A stretch of 64,000 bases of DNA, from NCBI RefSeq assembly GCF_964204645.1, contig NC_134028.1, forward strand, positions 10,416,001 to 10,480,000, in the 5' to 3' direction. The notes beneath the pieces are model-generated. The model saw only the letters and a list, made by a program, of their open reading frames with translations, ran no database searches and had not been told where the DNA came from. The position numbers and the translations under genes are program-made. Of the stretch, positions 1 to 11,840 are shown piece after piece (within the stretch, counting starts at the first letter, position 1; the number at the start of each line of letters is the position of its first letter). This DNA comes from Tubulanus polymorphus. Taxonomy: Eukaryota > Animalia > Nemertea.

Positions 1-1744
1 TTATTCTACTATTCAACGCCCCCTGGTGACCATATGCAAAACCCAATGACCTTAAAACTCACCACAATCGTAGTACATGTAATGAAATACAACTTTGCAA
101 TTGATCATGGTAACAAAATATGCCTAGGTACCAATCTAATAAGGAAATACTAAGCTATTCTACTATTCAACGCCCCCTGGTGACTATATGGAATAACTAA
201 TGTCCTTAAAAATCTACCACAATCATAGACGATGTCATGAACTACAACTTTGCAATTAATTATGGTAACAAAATATGCCTAGGTACCAATCTAATAAGGA
301 AATACTAAGTTATTCTACTATTCAACGCCCCCTGGTGACCATATAGAATAACTAATGTACTTAAAACTCACAAAAATCATGAAAGATGTCATGAGCTACA
401 ACTTTGCAATTGATTGTGGTAACAAAATATGCATAGGTACTAATATAATATAGAACTACTAAGTTATTGTATTATTCAACGCCCCCTGGTGGCCACATAC
501 AACTAGGGGTCCAGGGACACCATCCCCACTTGGGAAGTGGTTTCAAATGCTCAACAATCTAACAATTTCAATATTCAACGCCTTCTGGTGACCATATACA
601 AAAACCAATGACCTTGAAACTCAATACAATCATAAAACATGTCAGCAGCTACCATTTTTTAATTGATTGTGATAACAAAAAATGCCTCGTTACCAATTTA
701 ATATGGAAATACTAAGTTATTCTACTATTCAACGCCCTCTGGTGACCATATTCAAAACCCAATAACCTTGTAACTCACCATATTCATAGAACATGTCATG
801 AACTACAATTTTGCAATTGATCATGGTAACAAAATATGCCTAGGTACCAATATAATAAGGAAATACCAGGTTATTCTACTATTCAACGCCCCCTGGTGAC
901 CATATAGAATAACTAATTTCCTTAAAACTCACCACAATCATAGATGATGTCATGAGCTACAACTTTGCAATTGATTGCGGTAACAAAATATGTATTGATA
1001 CAAATATAATATAGAAATACTAAATTATTGTATTATTCAACGCCCCCAGGTGGCCATATAAAAAAAAAACTTGAAACTCACCCCAATCATAGAACACGTT
1101 ACAAGCTACAACTTTCTAATTCATTGTTGTTACAAAATATGCTTAGGTATCAATATAATGTCGAAAAACTTTTTCCCACCTACGAATGAGTACTAATGAC
1201 ACCAAGATGGCCGCCAATTGCGTCATAATTGGCGGATCAAAAATACCTGTCTCAGGTATAAAACATCCCTTTACAAAGATTACCCATCACAAATTGCAAC
1301 GAGAAATGGCAAACCAATAGGAAGCTACAGGACCTAGAATTCTGGCCAAAATTGACATTTTTGGGCACTAAAATGGTCATAAGACGGCCAATAATTTTTC
1401 TTATGCTGATGGGCCCTTGGTAGCTTCAAATATAATCGAAAGATCAAGGTAATTGATCAAAGCGTCTTCAAAATTTCCCTCGTAAACTTCGAAAATGTGT
1501 AAAAAGTGCTGACTTTGGCGAACAACAATGGCTGCCAGTCGGCCATCTTGATTCTGACAGGACCAATTTTTGGGCTGAAGATGTGTCTAGGGTAGATACA
1601 TGTATAAACCAAATATCAAGACATTACCTTGAAGCGTCTTCAAAACTTTCCAAAATAACTGGATTCTGTCTACGATGGACAAACGGACGGACGAAAAGTG
1701 AACGCAATAGCCCGCTGGGATTAAAGTCCCAAGTTGGCTAAAAA
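1..1744 (-). mobile_element. Non-autonomous Helentron/HINE-like element with internal ~154-bp tandem repeats (runs off window start)
   Basis: Units starting TTATTCTACTATTCAACGCCCCCTGGTGACC at ~1, 155, 310, 462, 717, 871, 1025. Terminus on minus strand reads TTTTAGCCAACTTGGGACTTTAATCCCAGCGGGCTA (subterminal hairpin) followed by GTCC-type microsatellite. Inverted homologue at 61508-62880. Confidence 0.7.
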
Positions 1745-2518
1745 GTTGCTCCCTGGACAATCAGGAATATTGCTATGACGTCATTACCTATTCATTAGCA
1801 TAACAAAACAATGTAGGTGGAACCACGTTACGGGCCATGAAAATCGTTTTTTGCATTACACCTACAACATTGGTCTAGTATCTAGCCGTTGTTCCAAGCA
1901 ACATCTAGACCCAAACTGTCATACCTATAGAAGTTAATTTTACTCCCAAATTTTTGGGACGAAGCGTTTAGCGTCTTATTTCAGCACGTAAATCACCATC
2001 AACCTACCTTAAATGCACAAAATCCAATACAATGAAAGTTACCTTATTCTGGAACTTATTGATTCTGCATGAATTTGTAATCCAAAGTAGTTTTTCAAAT
2101 AAACATGATTTATCATTAAAAAGTAGGCCTAACATTGATCATAATCTAGCTTGATATCCCGCAAGTAAAAACATATTCAATTCAAATCAAATCAATAAAG
2201 ATCTGGCTACCCGGTGTAAATCATCAAAACCATAAATACAAAACACATTTTTAAAGTCATTAAGAAAATTATTCAGTTTATTTGATAAAATAGCTTGGAA
2301 TGAGGACAAAAATTACAATTTTGTTCAAAAATTGGTATTTACGAGGAATACTTACCTGGGAAAATACACTATAGCCATATTGCTTTTGGCTAGGCAGATA
2401 ACGCCCAAATCGACTTTTGGTAGGGGCGCCGTAACATAGCGCCGTCTGGCGAGACGCCATCATCTTTTTGCGCCAATAATCCCTCAATCGCCTGGGGGAC
2501 GGCTGGGTGGGAATACCC

Positions 2519-2618
2519 GTGTATTTTCCCAGGTAAGTATTCCTCGTAAATACCAATTTTTGAACAAAATTGTAATATTTACTTCGAATACATTCCCTGG
2601 GAAAATACACTATAGCCA
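2519..2618. repeat. DIRS internal complementary region (ICR)
   Basis: 2519-2576 is the reverse complement of the left end (2313-2370) and 2577-2618 is the reverse complement of the right end (~8292-8333), joined as ...AAAATTGTAA|TATTTACTTCGAA... Confidence 0.93.
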
Positions 2619-3120
2619 GAATCCCAAAGAATGGAGGAGGGAGGCGACCAAAAGTCGATTTAAATTCTCTACACTTACACTCACCCTAAAACTCTCTGCA
2701 GAAAACCACAACAAACCCCAGGTGAGCCAGTGGAAAACCAAAAATCAGGGAGCTACCATGCTGCTTCCTTTTCAGTTCCTAACTGTACTGGTAGATAATA
2801 ACATGCCTATTATGACCCCTTTACGTTTGAGTCGAAAAAAGGAAATCAAACAACCTGGTGTCAACTGACTCCCGGATACCTTAGTAAGGCACTGACTGCC
2901 ATTACCTCGATATTAACCTAAACCAGTAGGTAAAAAACTTAAACTCTAGACGCAGCCTTGCCCAGGCTATATAAATGAAATCATGATTCATGTCTAAACT
3001 TAATACCTATAACAAAAGGAACCCTTACCACTAACTGTCTTAAGGTAACCTAGGCCCTGTAAAAGTTGCCCACAACTTATATACATCAACTTTCTTACAG
3101 CTGAATACAGAAGAAACCCT

Positions 3121-4572
3121 TTAATCCCCAGGACCTGGTTTAAAAAGGTCTAACTGGGCCCGATGTTTTTTGGGTTTTTGTACGCTTATTCGTTGTGCAG
3201 TAACAATTGGACACAACGTGGACAGTGAGCCTAACTGTCCAGAAACGTCCTTCAAATAAAATGACGAGAAGGTAGATGGAGACGTCCAGAAGGCTGAACG
3301 ACAAACCTGTTCCAAGGAAGCCCCCGTGAATAATGACCAGAAAGTGGCTAATGCCCTCACCTGATGAGAATGTATCCCGAGCGGAGCCTGGGCCCCCTGA
3401 GAATGCAGAGTTTCTTTAATTAAAGATACAATCCATCTAGCGATTGTGTCCCTTGAGATATCTCTCTTATCCCCTTGTCGGAGAGGAATAAAGAGCCTCT
3501 CCCTATCTTGTCTGTGGGGAAGTGTCCTCTCTAGGTACTCCTTTAAAGCTCTTACTGGACAGAGCGACGTATCAGGAAGATCGCGAGATACCCTATGCGT
3601 CAAAGCCTCGATCTTCCAAGATCTGGCTGCTACGGAAGCCTTTTGATTCTTGGCAATGAAACTAAGACCAGGCCTTAAAATGACAAACCTATCTTGTGGA
3701 CCAAAGGAAATATGACCCGGACGCATCGATAAAGCATGAACCTCTGAACGCCTCGCGGCCATCGCTAAGAACAGTAAGAACACCGTTTTCTTAGATAAGT
3801 CTGACAGGGTAGTATTGCGGATAGGCTCGAAGGGAGTGATCATAAGTGCTCTAAGAACCACTGTTAAGTCCCATGGCGGGATATCTGAAACCTGTTTGGG
3901 TCTCTTAACCCCAAAACCTGATATCAATTGAGCTATTTTCACATCCTCCGTCACTACAGGGACGCCCGTTGAACGAAAAGTATGCCCTATTGCTGATCTG
4001 TAGCCTTTAATGGTTATAACCTGTCTATTCTTCTCTTCGAACAGGAAATAGAAAAAATCTATTAACTCTGACACAGAGGGGTGGAGAGAATCCACCGCTC
4101 TCCTATTACACCAATCGGAGTAACATTCCCATTTGGAATCGTACAATGCTCCGGTAGAGGGACGTTTGGATTCCACGATAAATCTGGCTGCCCCCGAAGA
4201 AATTCCTTGGTTTGAAAGCTGTCGCTTGACAATGGCCAGGTGGGTAGATTCAATTGGAATCGATCTGGGTGTAACTTGAATTGTCCCTGGGACAGTAACT
4301 CGGGGTAATTGGGCACAGTGCGAGGGAAGTCCACCAGTAGATGAAGGAGTCTGACGAACCATGTCTGAGTTGGCCAACAGGGAGCCACTAAGACCACTTG
4401 ACAGTTGACTGCCCCCTCTATCTTCTCCAACACTCGATTGAGTAGGGGAGTGGGGGGAAAGGCATAAGCTAGCAGGTTGTCCCAACTCAGAGATAGAGCG
4501 TCCACCCCCACGCCAAGTCGTCTTGAAATGGGGACACAAACACCGGACACCTCGTGTTGAAGCGAGTGGCAA
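3121..4572 (-). CDS. DIRS tyrosine recombinase (C-terminal part of an ORF originally starting near 6086)
   Basis: Motifs ARRSEVHAL, CPVRALKEYL, HSHQVRALAT, FWTSPSTFSSFYLKD (R..HxxR..W..Y catalytic set) preceded by a core-binding-like region (YDSKWECYSDWC, TIKGYRSAI). Confidence 0.92.
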   Translation of the reverse strand: MPLASTRGVRCLCPHFKTTWRGGGRSISELGQPASLCLSPHSPTQSSVGEDRGGSQLSSGLSGSLLANSDMVRQTPSSTGGLPSHCAQLPRVTVPGTIQVTPRSIPIESTHLAIVKRQLSNQGISSGAARFIVESKRPSTGALYDSKWECYSDWCNRRAVDSLHPSVSELIDFFYFLFEEKNRQVITIKGYRSAIGHTFRSTGVPVVTEDVKIAQLISGFGVKRPKQVSDIPPWDLTVVLRALMITPFEPIRNTTLSDLSKKTVFLLFLAMAARRSEVHALSMRPGHISFGPQDRFVILRPGLSFIAKNQKASVAARSWKIEALTHRVSRDLPDTSLCPVRALKEYLERTLPHRQDRERLFIPLRQGDKRDISRDTIARWIVSLIKETLHSQGAQAPLGIHSHQVRALATFWSLFTGASLEQVCRSAFWTSPSTFSSFYLKDVSGQLGSLSTLCPIVTAQRISVQKPKKHRAQLDLFKPGPGD

Positions 4573-6193
4573 ACAGGTCCACGTTCGGACTTCCCATCAG
4601 GGCCCGGACTTGATTGGCTACCCTGACTGCCAATGTCCACTCGGTGGCTACTGGCTTGTCTTGGCGAGACAGAGCGTCGGCCACCACATTCAGGCTGCCG
4701 GCCAGGTGGGATACCGAAAGAATCATCCCTTGAGCCTGGACCCAGGTCAGAATCTGAGCTGCTAAGTTGGATAATGTTGGGGACCTGGTCCCCCCCTGGT
4801 TGAGCAAATAAGCCTTTACTGTGGAGTTGTCCGTTGACAGCCACACATGATGACCCCCTAACCTCCTTTCGAAGTGTTTGAAGGCCTTTTGAACCGCTAA
4901 CAGTTCCAGGTGATTTATGTGGAGATGAGCTTCTGCTCGAGACCAGTTCCCGGCTTTCTGAAAACCTTCTACATGTGCTCCCCAGCCCTGATGGCTGGCA
5001 TCCGTGAATAGATGAATCAGGGCCTTCAATGGTGCTAGGGAGGTGCCTCTTGTCAAGTTCTGCGCGAGAGTCCACCACTCGAGGTCGGGGATTAGGTTCA
5101 CCGGTGGTACCGGCAATAAGGTATCCCACTCTTCCCCTGCCGATCTCCAAGCTTGCTTCCAGAATCTTTGAAGAGAACGGCTGTGTAAACGACCGAGCGG
5201 AACTACGAGTGCAACGGAACTCATCTGGCCCAAAACCTGGGACCAGGACCGAGCCGATCTGGGCGCCCCCGTTAGGAGACCGAGAACTGCCTTCCTCAGC
5301 TTCTGAACTCTGGCCTGTGCTGGTCTGACTAAGGCCTGCGTCAGGTCGAAGTGCATACCAAGGTACGTGAACCTTTGAGAGGGGGTCAACTGGGACTTCT
5401 CTAAATTCACTATGAAACCTTATTGACGGATCAAGGCCACTGTCTTGTCTAAGGCTTCCTTGCACTCTGCTTTCGAATTTGCCACAACCAGCCAATCGTC
5501 CAGGTAACAGAAAATGCGAACTCCCTTCGACTGAAGGTGTTTCTGAACCCTTTTGACAAGTTTGGTGTAGACCCAAGGGGCTGAACTCAGGCCGAAGGGC
5601 AGAGACCGAAATTGGTTTGTTCTTCCCCTCCAATGAACTCTTAAATACTTTCTTGAGTTCCTGTGTATTGGTACTTGTAGGTATGCATCCTTCAGATCTA
5701 TGGATGCTGCCCATTGGCCTGGCTCCAGCCCCTGAATCACCTCCTTGGGTGTTGTTAGCTTGAATTTTGGGGCTATGATATAACGATTTAGAGCTGACAG
5801 ATCTACTACCGTCCTTAAGCCCCCAGATGATTTTGGGACGGTGAAAATTCTTGAATACCATCCCGGGGATCCTAGAGGGATTTCTTCCAGCGATCTTTTT
5901 AAAATCATCTCGTTGATCGCTGGCATAACGTGGGACTCCTGCCCCCACTTTGGCCTCATTTCCACCGGCTGATGGGATAGATGCGGTTTGTGAACGAATT
6001 TCAGTCGGTATCCTTTGGAAACGATCTTTGTAGCCCAAGTGTCGCCAAATTTTTCTAGCCAGTGGGAAGAGGCATCTTGAAGGCAAGAGCCCACTGGCCT
6101 GACATCTTCAACGGGTACCTGTGTTGGCGCGGCCACGAAAGGGTCGATTGAAGCAACTACGTAATCTAGCCCTACCCCTTTGGGGATTGTCAC
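4062..6193 (-). pseudogene. DIRS RT-RNase H-adenine-methyltransferase-like polyprotein, one nonsense codon and one frameshift
   Basis: RT motifs IDLKDAY, LPFGLSSAP, YLDDWL; in-frame TAA at 5420-5422 inside IRQ*GFIVNLEKS; RNase H FTDAS..HINHLEL..TDN; DLFAT and, after a frameshift near 4505, DALSLSW..YAFPP..VAPCWPTQTWF. Confidence 0.92.
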
Positions 6194-6266
6194 TGTAAGA
6201 ACTTTGAGAATAACTGATATAGTTCAAATTGTTATTGTTGTCGCTTTGAGCTCCCTTGGAGCTTGT

Positions 6267-7824
6267 TCAACCCGCTTTTTTGTAGCTTAATTTGCTGGTG
6301 ACTTGAGATTGATTGTATCCGGGCTGATTTGCCGGTGAGTTTCTGTAAGTAGAGTTGCCAGCGTAATAACTAGGCTTTTTTGGTGTCTTCCATAACTGCC
6401 TACCGGCCGTAGCCTGAGATTCTCTGATCTTGGTGGCCTCCGCATCGGCGGATGCGCAGCATCCAGAGAAAACCCGTGAGGAATTGCACAGCGGTGCTCT
6501 GTATAGAGCTACTTTCACCGGTTCTGGAAGTTTGGAGTCGGCCAACAAGCTATATCTATTGATCAAGGCTAGGTTAGCCTGGATCCTTATAGGCCTACCC
6601 AAAGGTACTTGGTCACACAACGCCTTGGCCATAGACTGTAGAATTCTCTCTATGGTTGCCATATGTTTGACAAATGCTACGAGCTAATTGGTTCAACGCT
6701 CCCATTGCTTGTTTTGGTAAAGTGTAGGTGGGCGGTGGTTTTTTGGGTAGTCCTATCGTGGTTGACCCATCGGAGTCTAACTCTAAGTGTGGTTTGAATC
6801 TAAGATCATCAGCACCTGGCGTGGCGTAATAATAAGTCTTGTACCCCGATATGGGCGGATACAACAGAGAGAAAAATTTTGAATCCTTCATGCCTGCCTC
6901 TAATGGAGGATAAGACCAAGTATTGTCTGTACGCTTACCACCCCACAGTGTCGTGTCCAAAGTCTCACGCCATTCTTCTCTATATGCAGAATGTGGTGCT
7001 AAAACTAACTCTTCGGTGTCATCGGATGGACTGAAGATTTTGGCGGCCGACCCTCTAGGCTGGGTTGGTTTAGGTTTGGCCTTGGTACCTCCGTATCGGG
7101 AGAAAACTTCTTTTACTAAGTCCTTGAATGGAATGTCTCCCGTCTCTTCCATTGTGGATGGTGACGGAGAGCACGATCTGTGCATGTCTCCGTCCTTGGA
7201 TAGACCAGGATCTTCTGGATCACGAGATTTTTCCTCGTCAGAAAAATCGTTGACATCATCCAACACTAACCCATCTGTTGGGTTGCAGGACAGCCCTGTT
7301 GGAACTGATGGAGGCTTGGGGCCCGGGGGTTCCTTACCTTTTAGCTGTTCCTTAAGGGAAGCGATCTCCTGCGAGAATATCGCTAGCATATTCTTGATGT
7401 CACTAGAGTCAGACGGCTTATCAGCCGGTGATCTAGAACGTGAGCGACGAAGTTGTTGCTTAGGAGCACGCTTGCGCCTACGCCTGGTAGGTGACGGAGA
7501 ATAGGTTCGACTTACTCTTGAACGGGACCTAGAACGAGACCTTGACCCAGAGCTGGGGTCAGACGGTGAACGACGTCGTTTTTTATTAGAGCGCTGGTGC
7601 CTACGTCTAGTAGGGGACAAAGAGTCGGATCGACTAAATCTCGATCGGGACCTGGACCTAGACACGGATCGTCCCGGATCATTGCCCTGTTTCCGAGTAT
7701 CCGGGCATTCAGGTGTATCAACCTTGCCCGATGAGGATGCTGGGGTCTTAGTAGGTGTATCAACCTTGCCCCAACGTTTAAATCTCGGTCCCCTAGGGGA
7801 ACTGGAGACGTCGTGATCCGACAT
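6267..7824 (-). pseudogene. DIRS gag-like ORF1, frameshifted near 6660
   Basis: Position upstream of RT inside the ITRs; Arg/Ser-rich N-terminus; overlapping ORFs 6613-7824 and 6267-6662. Confidence 0.75.
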
Positions 7825-8599
7825 GTTAAACCCTAAAATAAGCTGAAATGAAGGGTTAATTATTGATACAATTTTTAGTACAGATTATTAATTTCGTGAA
7901 TGATGAGACGGAAATCAATTACGTTGAATGATAATTATTAAATATATAAGGTGGGAGGAGCCGCTAAGAAAACAGCACGGCGCTCCCGCGAAACCGGAAG
8001 TAGAAAACCGGTGGCAAAATGTTGAAATGCGCATAGATTAAAAACGATCTCACCCGAGGTTCGACTTCTATTCCGAGATCAATCACTCTTATGTCTGTTT
8101 CTTATATCAATTAGAAAGGATGTCCGATCCAACACGAAGAATTTTAACCGATTTACGAGCACTGCCGAAACACGTTCTCTAGAGAACAAGCGCCAAGCAA
8201 AAAGATGATGGCGTCTCGCCAGATGGCACTATGTTACGGCGCCCCTACCAAAAGTCGATTCAGGCGTTATCTGCCTAGCCAAAAGCAATATGGCTATAGT
8301 GTATTTTCCCAGGGAATGTATTCGAAGTAAATACTAGTTACACTGCAAGAAACATTCTAGACGGTTTGGTGTCAAGACATTGTAGGGGACAGCGACAAAA
8401 TCTGGCATTCAGAGTACAATCGCTGATAACTGAAGCAAATTTTTGCCCATTCATCATTTATTTCTGAATGCAAATTCATTACTGAACAAATCGATGGTGA
8501 CGCATCGTATTTGTATGTGTGACAGGTAGTTTAAAATACTATAACGATGCATCACTTAGATTTCATCTATTATTAGGCCTAATATAATAAACGGTTACG

Positions 8600-10160
8600 G
8601 GAGTCTGAACTATATATACATACGCGCATGCCTGAAGGAATAGGGTTAGGATTAAGTGAGGCTATATATGAATTAACTTCCGTCAAGCCTGCAGGTGTGT
8701 TCTGTGGCTCAGTAGTGCTGTGGCCGAGGATAAGCCCTGGACAACTGCTAGATATTTTTTGCTGTACATTTTTTTGACAACAGGTATTGCACTTCGCTTA
8801 TGGACTGCGGTACGTAGCCATGGCCTATACAAAATCGGTTATGGACTCCGTAAACGGAGAATGATAGCTCTGGTTACGGAGTACAGTTAGCGCATAACAG
8901 TAGAATTATGAAACACAATATTGGGATTCGAAACCGAACGAAAAAACAGCAGAGTCGAGCGCTTGGGTCCTCCTTATTACCGAGATGACGTAATTTACCA
9001 AGATGAACCGAGATGACATGAAATATAGCATATATATTTATTCCCTATGGATTTTAACACTTGAAATCATGTTATATCAGTAATAAATACCTTCTAGAGG
9101 CATATTTTACATATTTTTCCGGATATTTTGTAAAAAAAATTTTGACTTCAAATACGTAATCTCGGTTAGCAATAAAATTTCATTGAATTTGATTGATCGA
9201 CCATCTCATCTCGGTAAAGTTAAAAGTTATTTTTCTACAAAAATATCCAACAAAATATGTAGAATATGACTCCAGCAGGCATGTATTACTGATATAATAT
9301 GATTTCAAGAGTTAAAATCGATAAGGAATAAATAAAATAGGCCTATGTGGTAAAAGTGCAGATCCGCACCTCTCGTGATTGACGCAATCTACTGAATTAC
9401 AAATTACTGTTCAAACTTCAGAATGTCTCACAGAATCCAATGCAGTGATTTATCTTATGATATCTCTTCTAGAGAGCAGATTTTTGGCCCCGTTTTTATC
9501 TCAGAATCGTGAGGATCTTTCAATAGGACGCCATATTGGATTATGAAATCTAAAGTGAAGATTTGTCTTAAGTTATTACTGAAACGATGTGAGGGTAATC
9601 AGTACATAAAACTAATCAAATTTTTGTCAACTGTCACTGGGGTTATTAATGCTAACCAAATTTCAAGATGTCATACTTGAAATAGACAAGAAATTTATAT
9701 TTTTCTTCCTCAAAATGAGTGGGTCATGAAATATTGTTTCAGCAAATATTCTAAACAAACCTTCACTTTAGATTGACCCATCCAATATGGCGGTTCAAAA
9801 ATCGTGACGATTTCGAGACAAAATCCAGGCTAAAATGTACTTTCTAGTGTAGATACCATAAAATAAACCAGTGTACTGAATTGCTGATGACATTTTGGGT
9901 CTGAATCAGTGATATTTAATGTAATTGATTGAACCATTTACGAGAGGTGCGGATCTGCAATTTTTCCCAATATGTTTTATTTCATGTCATCTCGGTAAAA
10001 TACGTCATCTCGGAAATAAGGAGGACCGGAGTGCTTTACCCACTGAGCCACAGCACACAACTGGAAGGAAGCTGGGGTGAGTTGAATTATACATAGCCTC
10101 GCCTAACCTTAACCCAATTCTTTCACGCATGCGCGCATGTTGATATAGTTCAGATTCCCC
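8600..10160. repeat. Nested fold-back/MITE-like inverted repeats
   Basis: Inverted pairs ~8600-8712/10040-10160, ~8967-9026/9979-10025, ~9036-9140/9230-9333 and ~9351-9560/9760-9965 (e.g. TGCAGATCCGCACCTCTCGT / ACGAGAGGTGCGGATCTGCA). Confidence 0.7.
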
Positions 10161-10577
10161 CGAAACTGGAGCCAGTTTGATACAAAATCTACCTTGTCCT
10201 CACCTTCCTAATTAATTATTGTTGGTTGGTGAAAAACATTGATTTTCCCTGACCCCAGACCCGGTGCTTACTATGCAGATCCTGTAAACTTTGGTTGGGG
10301 TACGAAAGGTGCAATCCAACGGCACCGAAATACGCACAATCATTTTTTAACTAAGTGATGCATGTGTAAAATAGCAGAAATATTCCAAATATATAGGCCT
10401 AAGTGAGATAACTTATTCATTTTTTATCATAATTGAGACTCCACTACAGCCTTGACCTCCGAAAATTGTTTCATTATCCTATCTGGGCATGCTCCGACAC
10501 ACCGCAATGCTAAAAAATACCAGACGTTATAGACTGGTTGCCTGTCGAATCAGGTAGGCGTCATGTCACAACCCAAG

Positions 10578-10906
10578 CATCTTCACCCGTCAAGGGATTC
10601 GAACCCACTACGCTAAAGCTGTTCCCCGAACCCCTTGACCTCACGAGTCGTTGGAGTCGTTACTAGCCGACCAGAATCCGGTCGTACCAATCACAGCGCT
10701 TCAAGTAACAAACCGTCAGTAGACTTCTGTTGGGTTCCCCGTTAAATTGACCAATCAGCGAACGTTTACTGAACCAGGAAGTATTTCGCAAATCGATATA
10801 TGACGTCATGCGCAACAGCGCCAGGAATGAAATCACGCTTCAAGAGGCCAGGGGGCTGGTGGAAGCGAGTTCGGGAGTGATACCGGACCCCTGGCAAGCG
10901 AGGATG
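10578..10906. mobile_element. ~330-bp non-autonomous DNA element, copy 1, 9-bp TSD CAACCCAAG
   Basis: Ends CATCTTC...GAGGATG; CAACCCAAG at 10569-10577 and 10907-10915. Confidence 0.8.
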
Positions 10907-10926
10907 CAACCCAAGTGGCAATCAAC

Positions 10927-11244
10927 CATCCTCGCTTGCCAGGGGTCCGGTATCACTCCCGAACTCGCTTCCACCAGCCCCCTGGCCTCACGAAGCGTGA
11001 TTTCATTACTGGTGCTGTTGCGCATGACGTCATATATCGATTTGCGAAATACTTCCTTGTTCAGTAAAACGTTCGCTGATTGGTCGGGAAAACCAATAGA
11101 AGCCTAAAGTCGTTTGTTACAAGCGCTGTGATTGGTACAAACGGATTCTGGTCGGCTAGTAACGACTCCAACGACTCGTGAGGTCAAGGGGTTCGGCGAA
11201 CAGCTATAGCGTAGTGGGTTCGAATCCCTTGATGGGTGAAGATG
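10927..11244. mobile_element. Same element, copy 2 in opposite orientation, 9-bp TSD GCAATCAAC/GCAATCACC
   Basis: Reverse complement of copy 1; flanked by GCAATCAAC (10918-10926) and GCAATCACC (11245-11253). Confidence 0.8.
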
Positions 11245-11732
11245 GCAATCACCCCGTATTCAAACTATTATAAATTGAAGATTTCTGTAACCGAATAGGC
11301 CGGGCACAGTAACCGACTGGCTCTCCGGGCCAGATTTTCTCACAACGGCTGCGCCAGACAATATACCGCCACTCAGTACTGGTCTACAGCTTGGCCTCCC
11401 TAACGCACGGGCCGGGCCAAATAACTTCGTCGGGGATCCCCTCTACACGTCGTGCCTCCTATCGATTCTAGGTGGGTCTTCGGGTCCAATCGTCCATAAC
11501 CTGAAGGCGACCAACAACAACTCGGACTCCTTCGTTCTGGGTAGCGCGTCCTTATCGGTTCCAGAGTTGTTCCCGAAACTGGTTGAACTGACTCGGACTC
11601 AGAAATCCACTCAATAAAGACATAAGACCGTTATTCGTAAAACGTAACGTTAGACATGTTTATTGCCTCAACAACGCAAAATTTATAAATGGAATGTTGC
11701 TCGCTACTCGTAGTGCTCATTCGTAGTAATTC

Positions 11733-11840
11733 TTTTTATACTCGTAATACTTTTAATACTCGTAATACCTTTAATACTCGTAATACTTTTAATACTCGTA
11801 ATACTCTTAATACTCGTAATACCTTTAATACTCGTAATAC
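11733..11840. repeat. 18-bp minisatellite (TTAATACTCGTAATACYY) x ~6
   Basis: Direct inspection. Confidence 0.9.

Larger units (their letters stand above)
2313..8333 (-). mobile_element. Complete DIRS1-like tyrosine-recombinase retrotransposon
   Basis: Inverted terminal repeats ~2356-2471 and ~8197-8312; internal complementary region ~2519-2618; gag-like, RT, RNase H, methyltransferase-like and YR coding regions; no TSD. Confidence 0.95.

Noticed and set aside
2278-2868. ORFs 2278-2610 and 2560-2868
   Set aside because: They overlap the DIRS ITR/ICR and 3' region, lack domain motifs and use non-ATG starts.
10808-11107. ORFs on both strands with near-identical translation
   Set aside because: By-product of the inverted duplication.
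11170-11240. tRNA gene (GTGGGTTCGAATCCC T-arm)
   Set aside because: Only a B box/T-arm is evident; I could not fold a full cloverleaf, and it lies inside a TSD-flanked element.
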